Made by a program: the position numbers and the translations under genes
Shown: positions 35,439 through 45,000 of the stretch, in pieces
Position numbering within the stretch: position 1 is the stretch's first letter
Layout: every line of letters begins with the position of its first letter
Source: a virus
DNA: 64,000 bases
IMG/VR virus record: IMGVR_UViG_3300036851_000550
Coordinates: 7,076-71,075 of that record
Strand: one strand, 5' to 3'
Notes under the pieces: model-generated
What the model was told of the DNA's origin: nothing
What the model saw: the letters and a program-made list of their open reading frames with translations, nothing else
The model's database searches: none

Positions 35439-35815
35439 CCGAGCTCCACCCGGGAGTGCCGGCCGGTGGCCACCAGCTCGACCCGCGCCCACACCTGGGT
35501 GCGCACGAACATGCCGGCCACCAGGGCGACGAATCCCATCACGGTGGCCTGCTCCTCCGGAGTCAGCTGCAGCCCCCAGGCGATGCCGAGCGCGAGCAGG
35601 GCCTGCACGAGGCCGAGCACGAACGGCAGCATCTTGTCCGCCGCGACCCCCCAGGCCGTGATGATCCCAGCGATCGCTGCGGCCACGGCGTTCACCGCGC
35701 CCTGCATGTCCGGCGTCAGATCCATGAACACGACGGTGCCGGCCTGCGCCAGCAGGGACACGAAGGCAGTGAGCAACGCGGGCTCACGCCCGAGCCGAGA
35801 CAGGTTGATCGTCAT
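35435..35815 (-). CDS. Holin
   Basis: GREPAL..., four TM segments, EQA.VM..FVRTQV; next to endolysin. Confidence 0.75.
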   Translation of the reverse strand: MTINLSRLGREPALLTAFVSLLAQAGTVVFMDLTPDMQGAVNAVAAAIAGIITAWGVAADKMLPFVLGLVQALLALGIAWGLQLTPEEQATVMGFVALVAGMFVRTQVWARVELVATGRHSRVELG

Positions 35816-36045
35816 CGCGGCACCTTCTCCTTGATCCGGTAGATGTGGATCGTCAGCCAGAACCAGGCCGACAGGAACGCCGCCATGCCCAGGTGGGCGT
35901 GCCGGGCACGTGGATGCACGCCGAGCCAGCGCGCCAGACAGCGCGACAGCGTCTCGTGCTTGCAGTAGCGGAAGGCCGCGAGCTCGAGCACGGAGAAGCT
36001 GACCGCCGTGGAGACGACCCACGCCGGCCAGGCCCACCGCCACAC
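35812..36045 (-). CDS. Small membrane protein in lysis cassette
   Basis: W..F..LE..A..TLS..W..WL..H pattern; two TM. Confidence 0.55.
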   Translation of the reverse strand: MWRWAWPAWVVSTAVSFSVLELAAFRYCKHETLSRCLARWLGVHPRARHAHLGMAAFLSAWFWLTIHIYRIKEKVPR

Positions 36046-36047
36046 GA

Positions 36048-36914
36048 TCAGGCCTTCGGCTGGACGATCAGGGAGACCCCGATCGTCGTCTTCGGGTCCA
36101 GTCGGCGACCCTCGACCGTGAAGCTCCGGACGCCCGCGGGGAGCTTCCAGAAGTCCTTCTTCGGGTCGGCCTCGCCGATCGGCTTCAGCGCGTCCCAGGC
36201 CACCACCCGCATAGTCGCGGTGCCCCAGTGGAACGCCCACCGGACCCATGCGTGCGCGACGACCGCGGAGTTGTCGCCGGCCTCGGCCGGGCAGCTGGCC
36301 CGGAAGTTCAGCCCGGCCGGGTCCGGGGCCCAGTCGTCGTTGTAGAACTTCAGGTCGATCGTCTGCACGGGGTCTCCCAGTTGCGGCGGGGTGACGGGCG
36401 GTGCCCCTTCCCAGGGCAGGTTCATGTCGGCGATGCGCTCGTAGGCGTGGATGCCGGGGCACGCGGTCTGCTTCACGTCCCGGTGTCCGCCGTTGAGCTG
36501 CGGGACGCGCCACCAGCCGGCAATCTGCCCGCGCCAGAGCAGCCACCGGATCGCGTCGACCTGGTGGTTGGTCGGCGACAGCACCTCGTAGTTGCCGATC
36601 AAGCAGATGGCCCGCGACGTGCTGTTCCGCCCGCCGGTGTGCGTGCCGCGCTTCGTGACCGAGTGGCCCTGGAAGATCCGCCCGCTACGGGGGATGACGA
36701 ACGTGTAGGAGATGCCGGCGCCGAACCGAGCCTGGCCGATCTGCTCCATGAGCTTCACGGCGTTGCGGTCCTGCTCGAAGCTCGCGCTCTCCGGCGGCGC
36801 CTGCGTGACGCTGTGGTGCAACCAGACCTCCTTGGCCGGCTGCGTCGTGGTGTGGCCGTCCCCGTCCGGGTGCTCGGCGCCCCACTCCTTGCGCGTGATG
36901 ATCGGGCCGGGCAT
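36048..36914 (-). CDS. Endolysin, N-acetylmuramoyl-L-alanine amidase (Amidase_2/PGRP)
   Basis: IITRKEWGA, WLHHS, GISYTF, GTHTGGRN, GHRDVKQTACPG. Confidence 0.9.
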   Translation of the reverse strand: MPGPIITRKEWGAEHPDGDGHTTTQPAKEVWLHHSVTQAPPESASFEQDRNAVKLMEQIGQARFGAGISYTFVIPRSGRIFQGHSVTKRGTHTGGRNSTSRAICLIGNYEVLSPTNHQVDAIRWLLWRGQIAGWWRVPQLNGGHRDVKQTACPGIHAYERIADMNLPWEGAPPVTPPQLGDPVQTIDLKFYNDDWAPDPAGLNFRASCPAEAGDNSAVVAHAWVRWAFHWGTATMRVVAWDALKPIGEADPKKDFWKLPAGVRSFTVEGRRLDPKTTIGVSLIVQPKA

Positions 36915-37117
36915 CAGTCGGCCGCTTCAACCCGGTGGTGCCGCCCGGAGTCGGAGATGCCGGCGATCGCCGTCGAGTCCCACGGCTCCGAGCACGGGGT
37001 CTCGGCCGGCGGGCCGAACAGGTGGTCGGCGGTCTCGTTGAAGATCAGGAGGTCGGCGTCGTCCTCGCGCTCTTCGTCGCTGAACCAGCCGAACGGGTCG
37101 TCGTACCGCCAGGTCAT
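36914..37117 (-). CDS. Small acidic hypothetical protein
   Basis: AAGGAGTCA SD; TGATG overlap. Confidence 0.5.
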   Translation of the reverse strand: MTWRYDDPFGWFSDEEREDDADLLIFNETADHLFGPPAETPCSEPWDSTAIAGISDSGRHHRVEAAD

Positions 37118-37126
37118 GCTGACTCC

Positions 37127-37744
37127 TTAGCTAAGGCGTGCGCGGACCACCCAGTTGTCGTCGTAGTGGCCGGCGCGCGTGGTCCCGAAAGCGCCACCAC
37201 AGGTGATCAACCGCAGCTCCGGCGTCTCTGTCGGGGCGTAGATCTCGTCGGTCGGGAACGCGGCCTTCGCGTACCGGTCGACGCGGTAGACCAGGAAGCG
37301 AGCGCGCGAACCGTCCAGGCGCTCGATGAGCACCTCGTCGCCGACGTGCAGCTCGGAGAGCCGGTGGAAGATCCCGGGACGGCCCTTCACGCCGTCGATC
37401 GGTCCGTCGACGTGGCCGACCACCACCGCGGGGATGCCGAGCTCGCCGGGGAGCGGGTCGTCCGCAACGCTCTTCGGGTCCCGGCCGCCGTACCAGGCGG
37501 CCTGCAGGGTGTGCAGGTCGCTGACGTCGATCTCGTCGTCGGCGTTCAGCACGACCGGGATGAGCGAGGACTCGGCGCCGAGCGTGGGGAGCGTCAGCCA
37601 GTTCGGCGGCGACTGCGACGGCACCGGGGTGGTGATGGCCGGCGGCTGCTCGACCGGCTGCAGCACGCTGGAGGCCGGGACCCCCGGAGCGCTGCACCCG
37701 ACCAGCAGGCACAGCGCTCCGAGGATGAGCCAGAACGGCCTCAC
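37127..37744 (-). CDS. Class F sortase, lipoprotein-anchored
   Basis: LLVGC lipobox; PGELGIPAVVVGHVDG, GIFHRLSELHVGDEV, FPTDEIYA, ELRLITCGGAF..HYDDN. Confidence 0.88.
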   Translation of the reverse strand: MRPFWLILGALCLLVGCSAPGVPASSVLQPVEQPPAITTPVPSQSPPNWLTLPTLGAESSLIPVVLNADDEIDVSDLHTLQAAWYGGRDPKSVADDPLPGELGIPAVVVGHVDGPIDGVKGRPGIFHRLSELHVGDEVLIERLDGSRARFLVYRVDRYAKAAFPTDEIYAPTETPELRLITCGGAFGTTRAGHYDDNWVVRARLS

Positions 37745-37745
37745 G

Positions 37746-38402
37746 TCAGGCCGGGCCGCCACCGGTGTCGACGCCACCGGAGGGCACGTCGACGTCAACA
37801 TCCACATCGATGTCGTTGTCGTCGTCCACGCCGTCGTTGTCGTCGGGGTCCTCGACATCGACCCCGTCGCCCTCACAGGCCACGCCGTTGTTGTTGGCGT
37901 CGAGCTTGTGCGGGTCGTTGGCGTCCTGGTTGAGCACGGTCTGCGCCGAGGTGCCGTCCGGACGCGGGAAGTCACCGCAGTCCAGGTCGACGAAGTCGAT
38001 CACGGGGGGAGCGGGCTCGGTCGTCGGCGCGGGCGTGGTGGTGGGCGCGGGGTCGTCCGCGGCGCACGCCTCGGTCTGGTCAGCCACAGAGGCCTCGAGA
38101 AGTGTCTGCTTGTCCGCGAGCTTGCGGTCGGCCTTCTCGATCTCGTCCCGCTTGTCCTCGATGGCCTGGAACGGCTTCGGCTCCGTGTTCTCCAGGACCA
38201 CCAGCTGTGCGTTCAGCAGGTCGACCTTGTCCTGCGCCTCGTCGCGGGCCTTCGTCGCCTTCGTGGCGGCCTTACCGGCCTCCGTGCACGCGGAGGTGCC
38301 TGGACCGGTGTCTCCCTCCTGCGCCAGCGCGGCAGGCGCTGCCAGGGCCAGGCCGATCCCCAGCGCCAGAACGGCGCCGGCTACAGCGAACTTCCTCTTC
38401 AT
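37746..38402 (-). CDS. Secreted protein with Excalibur-like Ca-binding domain and PSGGVDTGGG C-terminus (putative sortase F substrate)
   Basis: Signal peptide, coiled coil, PT linker, DLDCGDF..AQ..DPHKLDANNNGVACE, terminal VPSGGVDTGGGPA. Confidence 0.75.
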   Translation of the reverse strand: MKRKFAVAGAVLALGIGLALAAPAALAQEGDTGPGTSACTEAGKAATKATKARDEAQDKVDLLNAQLVVLENTEPKPFQAIEDKRDEIEKADRKLADKQTLLEASVADQTEACAADDPAPTTTPAPTTEPAPPVIDFVDLDCGDFPRPDGTSAQTVLNQDANDPHKLDANNNGVACEGDGVDVEDPDDNDGVDDDNDIDVDVDVDVPSGGVDTGGGPA

Positions 38403-38424
38403 GGGTCTCCCTTTCGGGTTTCCG

Positions 38425-38448
38425 CCCGGGAGCCAGGTGGCTCCCGGG
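38425..38448. terminator. Stem-loop upstream of sortase-substrate gene
   Basis: CCCGGGAGCCA-gg-TGGCTCCCGGG. Confidence 0.4.
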
Positions 38449-38452
38449 ATGT

Positions 38453-38728
38453 CTATGGCCGAGTTGGCCGGTACGCGCGGTGCGGGCCGGAGCCGACCAC
38501 CGCCTCGATGCCCGCCAGGCGTTCTCCGTGCCTGGTCTGGACCGTGCGCAGCTCGCGGACCTCGGTCTCGATCCGATTCACGGCGTCCGCCATGGACGAG
38601 CCGCCGTTCGCGGTGACCGCGCTGACCACGCTGTCCTGCTTCTTCCGGGCCCGGACCATCTCGACGAGCACGCCCGACATCACCAGGCCGACCGCGGTCA
38701 CCACGGCCACCATCACCGGCTCGGTCAC
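38453..38728 (-). CDS. Single-TM lysis-region membrane protein
   Basis: N-terminal TM, NGGSSMADAVNRIE, coiled coil. Confidence 0.6.
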   Translation of the reverse strand: MTEPVMVAVVTAVGLVMSGVLVEMVRARKKQDSVVSAVTANGGSSMADAVNRIETEVRELRTVQTRHGERLAGIEAVVGSGPHRAYRPTRP

Positions 38729-38730
38729 GG

Positions 38731-39294
38731 CTAACGACCCGCGAGGCTGGGCGGGCCGGGGAGTCCCGGCTTCACCAGGCCTTCGAGCGTCACTCCATCA
38801 CGGAAGATCATCAGCTCTACCCCCTGGTCGGTGAACAGAACGGGCTGCAGCTCGGTCTGGAACTCGGACTCATCGCCCTCGGGGCGCGGGTTCTCGTCGT
38901 CGGCGTCCGGCACGTAGGCCACCCAGATGACGACCACCGCCCACCCGACGATCGGCTCCTCCCAGTCGTCTCCGTGCTCGTTGGACAGCCGCGCGAGCCA
39001 GCCGCTCGAGTCCGGGGCGAAGTGCAGGACAGATCCGACAGTGGGCCTCACGTCATCGACTCCTTGGTTGAGGTCTGGTGCGACGGCCGGCAGCTCGAGG
39101 ACGACCGGGCCAGCCCCGAACTGCTGGACCTGGGCCATGAGCTGCTCGGCGATCGCCTGGCCGAAGTCGACCGCCGCGGAGCCTCGCGTCCTGGGGGGCA
39201 GGAAGCCCAGGCCCATCTGCGGTGCGCGGATGGTTCTGGGCATGCGGGAGCTCCGCGGCGGCCGAGGGTTCGGTATCCGCGGTGGGTGGGGCAT
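38731..39294 (-). CDS. Hypothetical protein
   Basis: Fills gap between tail and lysis genes; PIVGWAVV. Confidence 0.5.
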   Translation of the reverse strand: MPHPPRIPNPRPPRSSRMPRTIRAPQMGLGFLPPRTRGSAAVDFGQAIAEQLMAQVQQFGAGPVVLELPAVAPDLNQGVDDVRPTVGSVLHFAPDSSGWLARLSNEHGDDWEEPIVGWAVVVIWVAYVPDADDENPRPEGDESEFQTELQPVLFTDQGVELMIFRDGVTLEGLVKPGLPGPPSLAGR

Positions 39295-39297
39295 CGG

Positions 39298-40251
39298 CTA
39301 CTTGGTGTAGGTGACCCGGATGTAGGGCCGCCGGTCCAGGTTGTCGACCCCGGCGAACTTCGTCTGCGCGTTCAGGATCGGCGAGCAGACGTGCATCGCG
39401 TTGTCGCCGCCGATGATGTCGTCCAGGAAGTCGCCGAGGATGTCGACCTCGTGGAACTGACCGGTCGGGAAGTCGTCGTCGAATCCGTACTCGATGCTGC
39501 CGGCGCCCAGCGTCCCGGGCGGAGTGGTGGCGGTGGATCCCTCGAAGCCCAGCGAGCCGTTGGTCTCCTGGGTGGAGTCGCACCACATGCCGAGCACCGC
39601 GGACTGGATGGTGGCTCCGGTCATCTCCGTCCGGATGTCCGCGCCGTCGAAGATGACGATCGACCGCGTGTTGCCCTTGCCGTCGCCCCAGTTGCCCCGC
39701 CAGGCCAGCTCGTCGTCGGCGAACGGGTTGCTGGATCCGTCGTAGGACTGCGAGTCCGTAGCGCGCCAGGTGGTGGTCCGCTGGAAGGTGCCGGACGGGT
39801 TGCCGGTGCCGCCGCTGTTCATGGCCGCACCGAGCGCGCCGACGTCCATCGCGTAGAGGTTCCAGCCGCCGCTGTTCACGAACGTCAGGTTGGTGCCGCT
39901 GGGGACCTCACGGGACTGCAGCGCGAAGGTCACGGTCGCGGTGTCGAACGGGTCCTCGCTGAGCGCGAACAGCACGCCGGGGGAGATCATCCCGTAGTTG
40001 TCGATGGTGAGCCGGCCAGCGCCGAGGTCGGTGGGGCCGTTGCCGAGCGAGTCGGTGACCACCCACTTGTACTCGAGGTCGTTCGCCAGGCCGCTGGCGT
40101 TGTCGCAGCGCAGCGGGGTGGTGCTGATGAAGTAGAGCCGGCCGCCCTCTGCGGGGAACCGGAACCACCCGGTGCCGGTGAAGGTGTTGTCGCCCGGTGC
40201 GGGCGGGGTGCCGAAGGTGCCGTGGAAGCCGACGAGGTCTCCGGATGCCAT
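39298..40251 (-). CDS. Minor tail protein
   Basis: Beta-rich Gly/Thr/Asp composition; C-terminal RPYIRVTY; end of tail operon. Confidence 0.65.
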   Translation of the reverse strand: MASGDLVGFHGTFGTPPAPGDNTFTGTGWFRFPAEGGRLYFISTTPLRCDNASGLANDLEYKWVVTDSLGNGPTDLGAGRLTIDNYGMISPGVLFALSEDPFDTATVTFALQSREVPSGTNLTFVNSGGWNLYAMDVGALGAAMNSGGTGNPSGTFQRTTTWRATDSQSYDGSSNPFADDELAWRGNWGDGKGNTRSIVIFDGADIRTEMTGATIQSAVLGMWCDSTQETNGSLGFEGSTATTPPGTLGAGSIEYGFDDDFPTGQFHEVDILGDFLDDIIGGDNAMHVCSPILNAQTKFAGVDNLDRRPYIRVTYTK

Positions 40252-40268
40252 GTTCTTGATCTCCTAGG

Positions 40269-40841
40269 TCACTGAGTGCCGAGCCAGCGCGCGGCGAAGA
40301 ATGTCTGGGTGTCGTTGCCGTTGTTGACGTTCAGCGAGGTACCGCTCCTGTTGCGTACCACAGCGGTGACGTAGTCCCCCGCGGTGAAGAAGTGCTGCAG
40401 GTAGATGTGGTTCACCTGCGGGGCAATGGTGTCGCTGGGCGCCACGTTCAGTGCGTCCGAACCGAGCTCGTCGGCGGTGCCCATCGTGACGCTGGTGCCG
40501 TGGTTCTTCTGGACGGTGGCGAACCGCGTAGCGGCGTTGGAGTCGTTCAGCGGCTGCCAGTCGATGTGCAGGATCACCTCGTAGACCCCGGACGTGGTGA
40601 ACGTGATCCGCTCGGGGCTCACCGACGGGCTGTGCATGCCGTCGGTGTCGAACGACTCCGAGTTCCAGGTCAACAGGACCTCTCCGGAGGAGGTGTCGAG
40701 CGAGACCCCAACGGTGTCGTATACCAGCACCCGCGGGCGGTTGAGCAGGAACTGCTGGGCGTCCCGCAGGACACCGTTGAACGCCACGGCGGTGACGGTA
40801 TCGCCGGTGGCCCAGGTCCGTTGGGCCGGAATGGTGGCCAT
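40269..40841 (-). CDS. Minor tail protein, paralog 3 (C1q/TNF-like jelly roll)
   Basis: RTW..GD.VTA..FN..LRDA..FL; W.SE.FDTDGMH; TSGVY. Confidence 0.65.
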   Translation of the reverse strand: MATIPAQRTWATGDTVTAVAFNGVLRDAQQFLLNRPRVLVYDTVGVSLDTSSGEVLLTWNSESFDTDGMHSPSVSPERITFTTSGVYEVILHIDWQPLNDSNAATRFATVQKNHGTSVTMGTADELGSDALNVAPSDTIAPQVNHIYLQHFFTAGDYVTAVVRNRSGTSLNVNNGNDTQTFFAARWLGTQ

Positions 40842-41396
40842 CTACAGGCTCCCGATCCAACGAACGGACAGCCAGGTCCGAAGGTCCGTGGACGACATCA
40901 TCGCGTCCAAGTTGCCGGCGCTGGTCTGGCGGCAGTACAAGAGCGTTTGGTCTCCGATTTCCAGCTCGACGTAGGTGGCGAGCTGCAGCGCGGTCTGGGT
41001 GGTCCCGGTGCCCCCGGGCAGGTTCGCGTTCCGCTGCCCGCTGCGGCAGAACGCGGGGGTCAGCACCCCGTTGCGGACGACGTCCAGCGACAGCCCACGC
41101 ACCCCGGTGGAGTTGTCCGCGAACATCACCTGCGCGGTGATGGCGTAGCACCCCGGGGTCTTGATGGTGACGGTCGTGCCGCCCGAGTGCATGTCGTCGT
41201 GATCGACTAGGGGGACGTTCCAACTCAGCGCGGTCCAGTCGGTGTTGTTGATGGACTGGCCAGATGACCCGGTCAGCAGCGCCCACGGCGAGTCTTCGCC
41301 GATGAAGAACTCGATCGCGTCCCGGATGTGGGTGTTGAGCTGGGAGAACGTGGCGAGCTCGCCGGGAGACCAGGTCCTCGGCACGGGTGCCGGCAT
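40842..41396 (-). CDS. Minor tail protein, paralog 2
   Basis: RTWSPGE..T..QLN..IRDA..F; W....DHDDMH; TPGCY. Confidence 0.65.
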   Translation of the reverse strand: MPAPVPRTWSPGELATFSQLNTHIRDAIEFFIGEDSPWALLTGSSGQSINNTDWTALSWNVPLVDHDDMHSGGTTVTIKTPGCYAITAQVMFADNSTGVRGLSLDVVRNGVLTPAFCRSGQRNANLPGGTGTTQTALQLATYVELEIGDQTLLYCRQTSAGNLDAMMSSTDLRTWLSVRWIGSL

Positions 41397-41409
41397 GGGC
41401 GTGACCTCC

Positions 41410-42006
41410 TTAGGGAGCGATCCAGACCATGCCGAAGAAGCACGATCGGACGTTGTTGCTGTCGGGGATGTTCCAGAACTCGCAGTTGGAGTTGTCGCCG
41501 TTCAGGGCGAACGCCTCCACGTATTCACCGGCGTTGAGGTGCACGAACCCGGTGCAGCTGGCCATACTGCTGCCCGTGTCGCCCAAGAGGGCGAACTCGG
41601 AGGCGGCCCGCCGGTCCGAGCACACCTCGTCACCGTTGCCCGCGGTCCCACCGGCGTTCTTCTCGACTGCGATCGAGCGCCCACCCTGCATGAAGCCGTC
41701 CGGGATGAAGAGGAGCACCTCCCAGCGCGAGGACAGCCAGACCTGGTAGTAGCCCGCGGTCACCGCGATCAGCCGAGAGTTGTTCGTGCTGTCGTCGTGC
41801 ATGCCGGCCTCGGTCTCGGTCACCGTGGTGTCCCACTGCAGCCGGGTCCAGACGTTCTCGAGCAGGTCCGGGTTGCTCGAATGGCGCACGAGCACCCGCT
41901 GCGGGCCGTTGCAGAAGTTCGTCGCATCCCTGATGTCGGTGTTGAAGTCGGCCGCGGTGGGGACGTCGTTCAGCGCCCAGGTCTGGGGGTTGGGGACGGT
42001 CGCCAT
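41410..42006 (-). CDS. Minor tail protein, paralog 1
   Basis: QTW...D.PTA.DFN..IRDA..F; WD....TEAGMH; TAGYY. Confidence 0.65.
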   Translation of the reverse strand: MATVPNPQTWALNDVPTAADFNTDIRDATNFCNGPQRVLVRHSSNPDLLENVWTRLQWDTTVTETEAGMHDDSTNNSRLIAVTAGYYQVWLSSRWEVLLFIPDGFMQGGRSIAVEKNAGGTAGNGDEVCSDRRAASEFALLGDTGSSMASCTGFVHLNAGEYVEAFALNGDNSNCEFWNIPDSNNVRSCFFGMVWIAP

Positions 42007-42012
42007 CTCAGG

Positions 42013-45000
42013 TCACCCGAGGAACGTGTCGACGTCGAGCGTGCTGGCACCCAAGATCCATCCAGTCTCTCCGGGGTAGGTCGTGAGCAGGAACGGCGCG
42101 AGGCTGAACGTGGTCTCCCAGCGGTTCGGCATGACCCGATGCGCGATCTGCTCGATGGAGCAGTCGAGCTCGATCGGCTCGCTGCTGCCGAACGGCCGGC
42201 GGCGCACGGTGACTCGGTCCCCGATCTCCACGCCCAGCGCTACCGGCCACAGGTCCGGGTTGGCCGACGGGGCGATCGTGATCCGGGACAGCCGGAGCCG
42301 CGGCTGCGCGTAGTTCTCCAGCACCCAGTCGACTTCGGCCTCGCACTGCGACACCGACGCGACGCCGCTGGTCTTGTCCAGGTTGCGGGTGAAGTACGAG
42401 TCGATCGACGCCTGGTCGCGCTGCCGGGCCGACGCGTTGCCGCTCGAGGTCTTGCCGGCCGCTCGGGTGATCTTGACGTCGTTGTAGACGTACTTCGGGT
42501 CGTAGTCGATCTGGACGTCGGTCTCGTACGGGATCTCCCCGTTGGCCTCGTCCTCGCCGAAGACCCACTTCGTGGTCTGGTTGAAGCGGTTCGCGCGGTC
42601 GATGAACCGGAAGTTGCCCGAGCTGTCGGCGAAGACGATGCCGTTCTCCCAGTTCGCCACGTCCTGCACCGCGGCCAACAAGCTCTGGTTAGCGATGGTG
42701 TTCGCCGCGCCGAGCAGCGACAGCCCCTCATCGATCGCCCGACCGCCGGTCCAGCCGGCGTAGTTGAGCAGCCGGGACATCCGGGCGCCGCTCTTCTCCG
42801 GGAAGCCGAACAGCCCGGAGTTGGCCCGCACCGCGATGCGTCGAGTGTCCGCCACGGCCAGCTCGTACACCGCGGCGTGGGCGAAGTCGCCGACCGCGAA
42901 GTTCTGGTTGGGGAACTCGTCGGCCAGTCCGCCGATGTAGATCCGATCGATAGTGCTCGCCGGGACCGACGGCAGGACGCTGTTGATCTGCTGCACGCCG
43001 TCGATCCACAGCTGGATCGTGGTGGCGGTCAGGTGCAGCACGTAGTGGTGCCACTCGCCGTCGTTGCGCCCGGACACCCCGGAGTTGAAGCCCTGCGCGA
43101 CCCCCGCCGCGGAGTAGACGTTGACCGCGACCGAGCCCGAGGCCGAGTCCATGTAGAGCAACGCGACCCGCCGCAGCGGCTCCGAGCCGAAGCCGCTGGC
43201 CTTCAGCCCGATCAGCCCGTAGTCCTGACCGACAGTGGTCTCGGAGATCTTCGCCCAGGTCTCGACGAGGATCCCGTTCGGCGACAGCTGCGGCAGGGTC
43301 AGCTGGCCGACCAGGCAGGTGCCGTAGATGGAGTTCGGGGCGTCATCGGTGGCGGTGATGCTGCGGGTCTGGCGCCAGCAGGTCGACTCCTCGCCCTGCA
43401 GGTCCAGATCGGCGTTGAAGCTGCCGGTGCCGCCGCCGTTGGCCGATCTGGTGGCCACCAGCGCGTCGGTGGTGGTCTCGCTCTTGTTGGCCGCGGTGGT
43501 GGCCAGCGAACCGTCGTCGAGCGGCCAGTACGCGTGCGGCTCGTCGGCGAGGATCTCCGCGCCGAGCGTGCCCTCCAGCCGGGTGGCGGCCAGCGTGGCG
43601 AAACCGTCGACCCCCTCCAGCGGGCTGGTGCCGTACTCCTCGTCCCACATCTGCGGCCAGCGCTCGACGTACCCGGTGAACAGCGGGTACGTGGTGCCGT
43701 TCCACACCGCGCGGATCCGGTACGGGGTGAAGACCTTCACGTTAGGGCTGTAGATCGACAGAGAGTTGCTGGGGTCCAGCGCGCCGTCGTCGTTGCGCAT
43801 CCGGACGTCGGCCTCGCCGGCCTCGGTGCGGGTGAGCTCGTAGTCCCGACCGCGGCGGGTGTTGAAGCTCAGCGCCCGGGTGGTGACGTTGGTCCAGGTC
43901 GGGACCAAGTCCGGGTCGTTCGGGTCGTCCCCGAACCCGATCTGGTGGGTCATCGCCGGCCAGTTCGGGTTGACGTTGGTCGTGACCGGCGCGCCCTCCT
44001 TGAGCGCGATCATGGACCACACCGAGTTGGCGTCGGGAGCGACCGTCCAGGTGGTGGAGTACGCCGTCGCGACACCGACCACGCGGTACGCGCAGCGCAT
44101 CATCACGTCGTCCTCGGGGACCGTGTTCGCGTCCGACGTGATCAAGCCGAGGTCGGTGAAGCTGTTCGGCGTGGTGTGGGTGAGCGTCCGGTCCGAGAAG
44201 CCGGTGGCCGCCGCTCCCACGATCAGATCGTTGGCGACCGAAGTGGTCACCGTCGCGACGATGGCGGAGTCGTCGTTGTCGTCGGCGCTGATCGAGGCGT
44301 CTACCGTGCTGACGTTGGTGACCCCGGAGGCCTCCAGGATCTGCAGCGCCATCGAATCGCAGGTCTCGGTGGCCGTCGCCGTGATCTGCCGGACCGCCGC
44401 AGCGTTCGCGCAGTACCAGACCGACAGCCGCACCGCGCTCTCCGGTGTGCCGGGGAACCCGGCCACGAAGTCGGTGCCGTCCGGGACCTCGATCCAGGCG
44501 TTGTGCGCGTCGTCGATGACCGAGGAGATCTTGCACGCGGTGCCGTCGTCCGAGCCGGCCGAGTTGGCCGCCACGTACGCGACGAGCGCGTTGCTCGCCG
44601 TGCTCCAGTACGGCGTCATGACGCTGGGCAAGCCGGTGGAGGTGGCCTGGCCGGTCGGCGAGGACAGCGCGAACGCCACCGCCACGTAGGGGACGTTGCC
44701 GGCGGTCGAGTTGACCGTTCCGGTAGGGCCCGCTGGTCCAGTCTGCTGGGACTGCACCGACAGGCTGTTGGCGGCGTTCGCCACGGTGTCCTGGTGCTCG
44801 GTGTAGTCGACCGCCGTGGAGTGCGCAGCTCCGCCGCTCTCCGATGCCCAGGCCCGGATCAGCCGGTTGGTCGCCACGGCCATGGTGATCGTCGGCGAGA
44901 CCTGGGTGGCGCTCGTCCCGGTGTTGAACGTGGGCTCGACGTCCCACAGGAACTCGCCCCCGCGGGTGTCCCAGTTCGGGATCACCAGGACGACGACGTT

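Noticed and set aside
40269-42006. Diversity-generating retroelement or shufflon acting on the tail paralogs
   Set aside because: No reverse transcriptase or recombinase, and no near-identical template/variable repeat pair seen
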